Of a stretch of DNA of 20,000 bases, positions 15,088 to 20,000 are shown one piece after another. A program made the position numbers and the translations under genes. The notes under the pieces are model-generated. The model was not told the DNA's origin. It did not search any database and worked only from the letters and a program-made list of their open reading frames with translations. The stretch is from an uncultured virus (IMG/VR IMGVR_UViG_3300048832_000103). Lineage: Duplodnaviria > Heunggongvirae > Uroviricota > Caudoviricetes. Position 1 is the first letter of the stretch. Each line of letters opens with the position of its first letter. Where the stretch lies: the IMG/VR virus record IMGVR_UViG_3300048832_000103; one strand, 5' to 3'.

Positions 15088-15707
15088 GTTTTCACCGCAT
15101 GGATTCCGCACTCTAGCCTCTCACCGGCCCAGCGGCCAGAGCGCTCATCGTCCGAGGTCGGCAGGCTCGTGCAAGGCTGGCACCCAATCGACCGGTATCC
15201 CTGGCTGTGCAGCGGTTGCACTGGTACGTCGTTATCTCGAATGTATTTCCAGCATTGCTCGCTTGTCCAGTTTAGCATCGGAGCCAAACGGATCTTGCCA
15301 AACTGGTCAGGCTCGATTTCCCTTGTGTCCTTTCTCGTCGAGGCCTGGTCCCACCGAAGAGCGGAAACCCATGCCTGATAAGGCTGTAGCGCGCACCACA
15401 GTGGAAGAACCTTGTGCTCGGTGCAGCACTCTTGCGTCGGCGGGAGGTGCGTGCTCTGCGGGGGAGGTCCGACCCAGTGCAGGTCCAGATCCCATTCCCG
15501 GCCCATGAGGTTGGCGAAGTCCACGGTTTCACTGAACAGCTTGCCAGTGTCGATGGAAATGACCGGGACGTGCTCCCAGACCTTGCGGGCATGATCAAGC
15601 AGAACCATCCCTGAGTAGCCCCACGCTGTGGTGAAGATGACCTTGTCGTTGTACATGTCACGGTAGAAACTCAAAGTCTCGCGCAACCTATCAGACTTCT
15701 CTGTCAC
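15084..15707 (-). CDS. cysH: APS/PAPS reductase (Fe-S type motifs)
   Basis: IDTGKLFSET, ECCTEHKVLPL, LRWDQASTR, PMLNWT, PLHSQGYRSIGCQPCT, ERSGRW, ECGIH. GTG start in GTGA overlap. Confidence 0.93.
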   Translation of the reverse strand: MTEKSDRLRETLSFYRDMYNDKVIFTTAWGYSGMVLLDHARKVWEHVPVISIDTGKLFSETVDFANLMGREWDLDLHWVGPPPQSTHLPPTQECCTEHKVLPLWCALQPYQAWVSALRWDQASTRKDTREIEPDQFGKIRLAPMLNWTSEQCWKYIRDNDVPVQPLHSQGYRSIGCQPCTSLPTSDDERSGRWAGERLECGIHAVKT

Positions 15708-16465
15708 CAAGGTACTGGTCCTTTCAGCGCTCCGGTGAGGTTGATCACGGGAGGTCTCTCGGTCTCACCATATTTCTTAGTCCATCTCCACCATCCTGCA
15801 AGGCCTACCGCGGCCTCGAGGCCGGGAGCAGGCAAGCAGTTCACTAAGCTCTGTAGGTGCTCCAAGGCGCGGTAAATCTCCGATGCCGAGACCTCGATAG
15901 CCTCGGGGAGCTCGGGCGCGTCGGCCAGAGCAGGCGCCCAACGAGGGATGAGATCGGGCTCGGGGCGCACGGGAATGACCACGGTACTTCGAGCTGGCCA
16001 AACGGCTTTGACCGCCGCGCAACCATATCCGCCGCCTGTGGCCTGGAAGTAATGATCTGGCGGGCTATCACGGTACATTTCATGGACTTGCTGTAATATC
16101 TCTCGAGCCATAATCTGATGAGCAATCATCTTCAATTGGTTGTTGCTTCCAGCGAATAAGATAGTCCTTCCCTTATCAGACATCTCATACTCGTCCATAA
16201 CCTGCTTTATGACACGAATCCGGGGAGTCTTATCGTCCCATGTGTAAACTACAACATCTAAATCTTTGCATATACTAGTTATAGCCTCACCAGTGTTACC
16301 ACTGGTTGCTACAATAATCGTTTTCACACCCTGCAAAGCCGCAAAATGTTTCACAACCACAGCTTCGCGGTATTTAAAAGACCCCGTTGGGAGCATATAA
16401 TCACATTTCAGATAAACCATTCGGCCGCAACCGTCATCTGATAGGATGAGGGGACTTCTTATCAT
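15704..16465 (-). CDS. Fold-type II PLP enzyme, threonine-synthase family, cysteate-synthase-like
   Basis: LKCDYMLPTGSFKYRE (PLP Lys), VATSGNTG, PDHYFQATGGGYG (phosphate loop), AAVGLAG, INLTG. ATG 16465 in ATGA overlap. Confidence 0.8.
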   Translation of the reverse strand: MIRSPLILSDDGCGRMVYLKCDYMLPTGSFKYREAVVVKHFAALQGVKTIIVATSGNTGEAITSICKDLDVVVYTWDDKTPRIRVIKQVMDEYEMSDKGRTILFAGSNNQLKMIAHQIMAREILQQVHEMYRDSPPDHYFQATGGGYGCAAVKAVWPARSTVVIPVRPEPDLIPRWAPALADAPELPEAIEVSASEIYRALEHLQSLVNCLPAPGLEAAVGLAGWWRWTKKYGETERPPVINLTGALKGPVPW

Positions 16466-17274
16466 TTCTTCCATACAACACCTTTGAATTGCGTGCCGGG
16501 GTTATGATTGATTTCTATAATCACAAATTTATTATTTTTATCAAATGTTCCATCGACGGACCAATTTTGATTTCTATAACGTTTAACCTTTGGGACTATC
16601 TCTTTGTTTATCTGCTCGACTACTTCAGGAATGCCCCCAAGCTTCTCCCCAAAAGGAGCGGTCTCAAGAGATTTTTCTTTGACTACTTTAGCCGTATGAG
16701 AATCAATTGATTTCAAATCAATATCTTCTTTACTTCGAATAACACCCTCTAAGTCGACCCATATGTATTTTCTGTCCTTCCAGCCAGAGTTAGAGATTCC
16801 TGAATGTTCAAAATACAGTGGCGTTAGGCCTATAAAGCTCACTCGGTCGTGCCCAATAAGTCGGATAACCGGGGGGCATCTAATATCATCGGTGAACTTG
16901 TGTAGCCGTTCATGTGGGTAAATCCATTCCTCGGCAAACCACGAACGTACAGCCATTAATTTTTTTGGAGTGTTTAGCTTTATCTTTCTTATCCTATTTA
17001 GTTTGACCCTTAGCTTGTTAGGTGCAATTAAATCTTTATCTGGAAACATTATGAAACCTTCAGAAGTCTTCTCTAGCAGAGCTATGCCGCTGCTTTGACG
17101 ACCACTCTGAGGTTTCCACACGTATTCTCCCATAGGGGCGTTCACTAGAGCCCCTACCGTAGCATAAAACCGCCCAGGATTAATCAAGTTGTTAGGATAA
17201 GAAAAAGAGGTATTCTCGCTAAGCCAAAGCTTAGTGAAAATCTTGTTCCAAAACATTTTGGCATTTATTAACAT
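16462..17274 (-). CDS. ATP-grasp ligase (paralog 4)
   Basis: NKIFTK, YVWKPQSGRQSSGI, WFAEEWI, PVIR, WSVDG, IIEINHNPG. Confidence 0.85.
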   Translation of the reverse strand: MLINAKMFWNKIFTKLWLSENTSFSYPNNLINPGRFYATVGALVNAPMGEYVWKPQSGRQSSGIALLEKTSEGFIMFPDKDLIAPNKLRVKLNRIRKIKLNTPKKLMAVRSWFAEEWIYPHERLHKFTDDIRCPPVIRLIGHDRVSFIGLTPLYFEHSGISNSGWKDRKYIWVDLEGVIRSKEDIDLKSIDSHTAKVVKEKSLETAPFGEKLGGIPEVVEQINKEIVPKVKRYRNQNWSVDGTFDKNNKFVIIEINHNPGTQFKGVVWKK

Positions 17275-18102
17275 CTATTTCTTCTTCCAAGTGACTCCTA
17301 AAAATGGGGTTCCTATTGCAGAGTTAATTTCGATAATAACAAACCGATTATTCTTATCAAAGACTCCATCAACAGACCAGCACTTGTTATGAACTAGCTT
17401 CAATTTCGGACTAATTTCACTATTCACTTGATCGATGATTTCCTTAACGCCCTCAATTTTTTGGCCACACAAGTCCGTGTCAATACGCCTATCCACAACA
17501 GACTTTAGTGTTTTCTTGTCAGCACTAGACAGGTCCATTTCATCGGTGTGTCTTACGACACCATTAAAATCTAACCATAGATACTTCCGATGGTCCCAAC
17601 CAAAGGAAGATATGCCGACCTCGTTAAAGTATACTGGCGAAATCACAACAAAATGAACTTTACTGCGGCCGCAAATACGAATAACTGGCGGACAGCGCAT
17701 GTCATCCGTAAACGGTTTCAAGCGTTCGTGTGGCTTAATCCATTCCTCGGCAAACCACCTTCTATGACCTCGAATCTCTTTGGCCTCGGAAATAGTTAAC
17801 CGCTTTATCCTAATTAACTCTTCAATAGTGGCTTGCAAAGATAATACATCACTAGATGGAAATATCTTGTATCCGTCGGCAGTTTTATCCAGTAGAGCTA
17901 CTCCCCAACCCTTGCGGCCAAAGCATGGCTTCCACACATATTCCCCAACGGGTAACTCCTCTAATTTATTGATAGAAACGTCGAAATAATCGAGCTCTAT
18001 GCAGTTCTTAGGATAAGCAAATGTAGTATTTTCGCTAAGCCATTGCTTAGTATAAATCTTGTTTGCAAACCTTTTAGGTATTATCCTATGATTAATAATC
18101 AT
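17275..18102 (-). CDS. ATP-grasp ligase (paralog 3)
   Basis: NKIYTK, YVWKPCFGRKGWGV, WFAEEWI, PVIR, WSVDG, IIEINS. ATG 18102 in ATGA overlap. Confidence 0.85.
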   Translation of the reverse strand: MIINHRIIPKRFANKIYTKQWLSENTTFAYPKNCIELDYFDVSINKLEELPVGEYVWKPCFGRKGWGVALLDKTADGYKIFPSSDVLSLQATIEELIRIKRLTISEAKEIRGHRRWFAEEWIKPHERLKPFTDDMRCPPVIRICGRSKVHFVVISPVYFNEVGISSFGWDHRKYLWLDFNGVVRHTDEMDLSSADKKTLKSVVDRRIDTDLCGQKIEGVKEIIDQVNSEISPKLKLVHNKCWSVDGVFDKNNRFVIIEINSAIGTPFLGVTWKKK

Positions 18103-18941
18103 GGCCTTCCCGACTTCCCTTTCCATGTAACACCCAAAAATCCTGGTGCGGCCATTTTATTAATCTCGACGACAATGAATCTGTCATCTTTATCAAAGAT
18201 TCCATCAACAGACCAGCTTCGGAACTTGTTAAATTTCAGCTTAGGGCTAATTTCTCGATTTATTTGGTTTATCAGTTCTCTAACACCTTCTATTTTTTCA
18301 CCGTAAAAAGGTGTTTCTACACTTCTATCTGGTACAATTCGCTTAGTTAAAGCATTAGATTTTTTTATATTTAGCGCCTCTTCCGGTATAATCACGCCAT
18401 CGAAATCGAGCCATATATACTTGCGTTGTTTCCAACCCGTCGGCGCTATACCTGACAAATTGAGATACACTGGCGACAACGTCACAAAATGGACTCTATT
18501 CTGACCACAAACGCGAATAAGTGGGGGCAACCTTTTGTCATCGGTGAATTTATGGAAGCGTTCATGTGGATAAATCCACTCTTCTGCAAACCATTTTTTA
18601 AATCTTCCGGCTTCACGGACCTCTGAAATAGATAATCTTTTTATCCTAGTCAGTTCACAAACTAATTCTTCCGAAGACATAATTTTGTCGGACGGGTATA
18701 CTTTAAAACCTTCTACGTTTTTTTCTACTAGGGCTACACCCCAGCTTTTTCTACCATAGCAAGGCTTCCAAACATAGTTACCACAAGGTATATCAAGAAA
18801 CCGGCTAGAAGCTTTACCGAAATCATCTAAATCTATAACATTCTTAGGATAGGCAAAGGTTGTATTAGCCTGCAACCATTCCTTGGTAAAAATCTTATCG
18901 TCGAATCTTGCAGTGTTGAGACCATCCTTATTTATTCGCAT
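18099..18941 (-). CDS. ATP-grasp ligase (paralog 2)
   Basis: DDKIFTK, YVWKPCYGRKSWGV, WFAEEWI, PLIR, WSVDG, VVEINK..APG. Confidence 0.85.
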   Translation of the reverse strand: MRINKDGLNTARFDDKIFTKEWLQANTTFAYPKNVIDLDDFGKASSRFLDIPCGNYVWKPCYGRKSWGVALVEKNVEGFKVYPSDKIMSSEELVCELTRIKRLSISEVREAGRFKKWFAEEWIYPHERFHKFTDDKRLPPLIRVCGQNRVHFVTLSPVYLNLSGIAPTGWKQRKYIWLDFDGVIIPEEALNIKKSNALTKRIVPDRSVETPFYGEKIEGVRELINQINREISPKLKFNKFRSWSVDGIFDKDDRFIVVEINKMAAPGFLGVTWKGKSGRP

Positions 18942-19966
18942 GGTCGCCTCAACCCGTCGTAAGTGTTTAGATGCTTCACGTTTGGAGCATGCTCAATCTC
19001 AATGCAAACGAAGTCGACCGAACCATCCTTGTTCTGTCGATAGACACCGTCAAAAGCAAACAGTGAGTGAGGGCTCATTGCCAGACAGATCTCGTTTTTT
19101 ATCGAGTCTAGGATCTTGTCGAAGAACGGCAAGACCATCCCCGTGACGTCCTTCACCGTCCCGTAGTTCTCAATGGACCAGGGCAAGTCGTTTGGCACGT
19201 CTGGCCGAGTCTGGAGGAGCTCTCCCTTGTAGTTGAAGCAAACCCGCCGAGCCCCGCCCTGCAAGGTTCCCCGACCTCGAGAGGCTTTCGTCGGTATGTG
19301 GAGCTCCCCGAAGTGGAAATCTCCTCGGCTCATGATGATTCGCACGAGCGGATTGAACGGGGCATCATACCCAAGGGTTTTCAATTCGTCGGGTGCCGGC
19401 GAGACGTACTCTTCCACGATCCATTTAAAAGACGCGGGAGCTTTGGGGATGTCTGAAACAATATCAACAAACAACTCATTGGAATCAAGTAGACGTAAAT
19501 TAGCATCCCTGAATCCAATATTGTTTGGTTCCTTCCAAACCATGCGAACTCCCCTCGAACGAGACAGATTAACAGGTTTCACTATTATCCAACGTTCTGT
19601 AGGACAGCTTGTGCCTACCAGCCAATCACATAGTTCTTTCCAAGTAGCAGAGCATACTAACGTAGGAGGAATATTGAATGATGTATTAGCTAACAACCAG
19701 TTCTTAGTCCAAGATTTGTTCCATGTAGACCTCAACACTTTATTGTATTGTACTGGCGCATTCCTTCTTCGGTTTGCATGCAACCGTTTAGGATTTATAA
19801 CATTAGGCCCTACTGGAGAAGTTATTGCAACCTTACCCATCTTTTGGCCTCTTTCGTGGTGTCTTAGAGCGTACAATATGTCTGGGAGCTTTCTTTGGCT
19901 CCTTATCAGACTTAGCAGCTTGAGCTTTTTTTGCTCGCGCCGCTCTCTCAAAAGGTCCAGTTCCAT
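18932..19966 (-). CDS. ATP-grasp ligase, alpha-L-glutamate-ligase-related (RimK-related) (paralog 1)
   Basis: NRRRN...YN...NKSWTK, IVKPVNLSRSRGV, WIVEEYV, PLVRII, LHIPTKASRGRGTLQGGA (cf. LRLPTxxSxGxANLHQG), FD, IEIEHAP. The frame is open to the window edge, so the start could lie further upstream. Confidence 0.8.
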   Translation of the reverse strand: MELDLLRERREQKKLKLLSLIRSQRKLPDILYALRHHERGQKMGKVAITSPVGPNVINPKRLHANRRRNAPVQYNKVLRSTWNKSWTKNWLLANTSFNIPPTLVCSATWKELCDWLVGTSCPTERWIIVKPVNLSRSRGVRMVWKEPNNIGFRDANLRLLDSNELFVDIVSDIPKAPASFKWIVEEYVSPAPDELKTLGYDAPFNPLVRIIMSRGDFHFGELHIPTKASRGRGTLQGGARRVCFNYKGELLQTRPDVPNDLPWSIENYGTVKDVTGMVLPFFDKILDSIKNEICLAMSPHSLFAFDGVYRQNKDGSVDFVCIEIEHAPNVKHLNTYDGLRRPCE

Positions 19967-20000
19967 GTTCAGACATGAACTTGCCTGGTGAACTGGCCAG

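Noticed and set aside
15084..15707. DndC-type phosphorothioation gene
   Set aside because: Short protein with the complete CysH C-terminal ECGIH motif; no other dnd/ssp genes in the window.
19233..19991. 252-aa + strand ORF
   Set aside because: Antisense shadow of the motif-bearing ATP-grasp gene; no recognisable domain or RBS.
1..20000. CRISPR array, rRNA, tRNA, transposase or integrase
   Set aside because: No regularly spaced repeats or diagnostic motifs seen on reading the sequence and ORF track.

Overview
The window looks like part of a bacteriophage or prophage genome: small, tightly coupled genes and no tRNA, rRNA or CRISPR array that I could see. (1) 1-3240, minus strand: Cys-rich and HTH hypotheticals, a frameshifted CxxCGxCC gene and a free-standing LAGLIDADG endonuclease. 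(2) 3430-9608: an AT-richer early/host-takeover region transcribed divergently from mirror-image leaders at 5437-5748. It holds acidic small proteins, a miniature beta-clamp-like protein and a lipoprotein. (3) 9611-15087, minus strand: lytic transglycosylase, GH73-like protein lacking the usual catalytic Glu, spanin-like membrane proteins, HD phosphohydrolase, Zn-finger paralogs and an orphan CheR-like methyltransferase. It is interrupted by a ~740-nt densely structured region without a credible long ORF, which follows a near-consensus + strand sigma70 promoter (candidate large ncRNA). (4) 15084-19966, minus strand: a translationally coupled run of four ATP-grasp ligases, a PLP enzyme resembling cysteate synthase and a CysH reductase. 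This is a candidate phage pathway that makes cysteate from sulfite and ligates it. All family calls come from reading motifs by eye; no searches were run.
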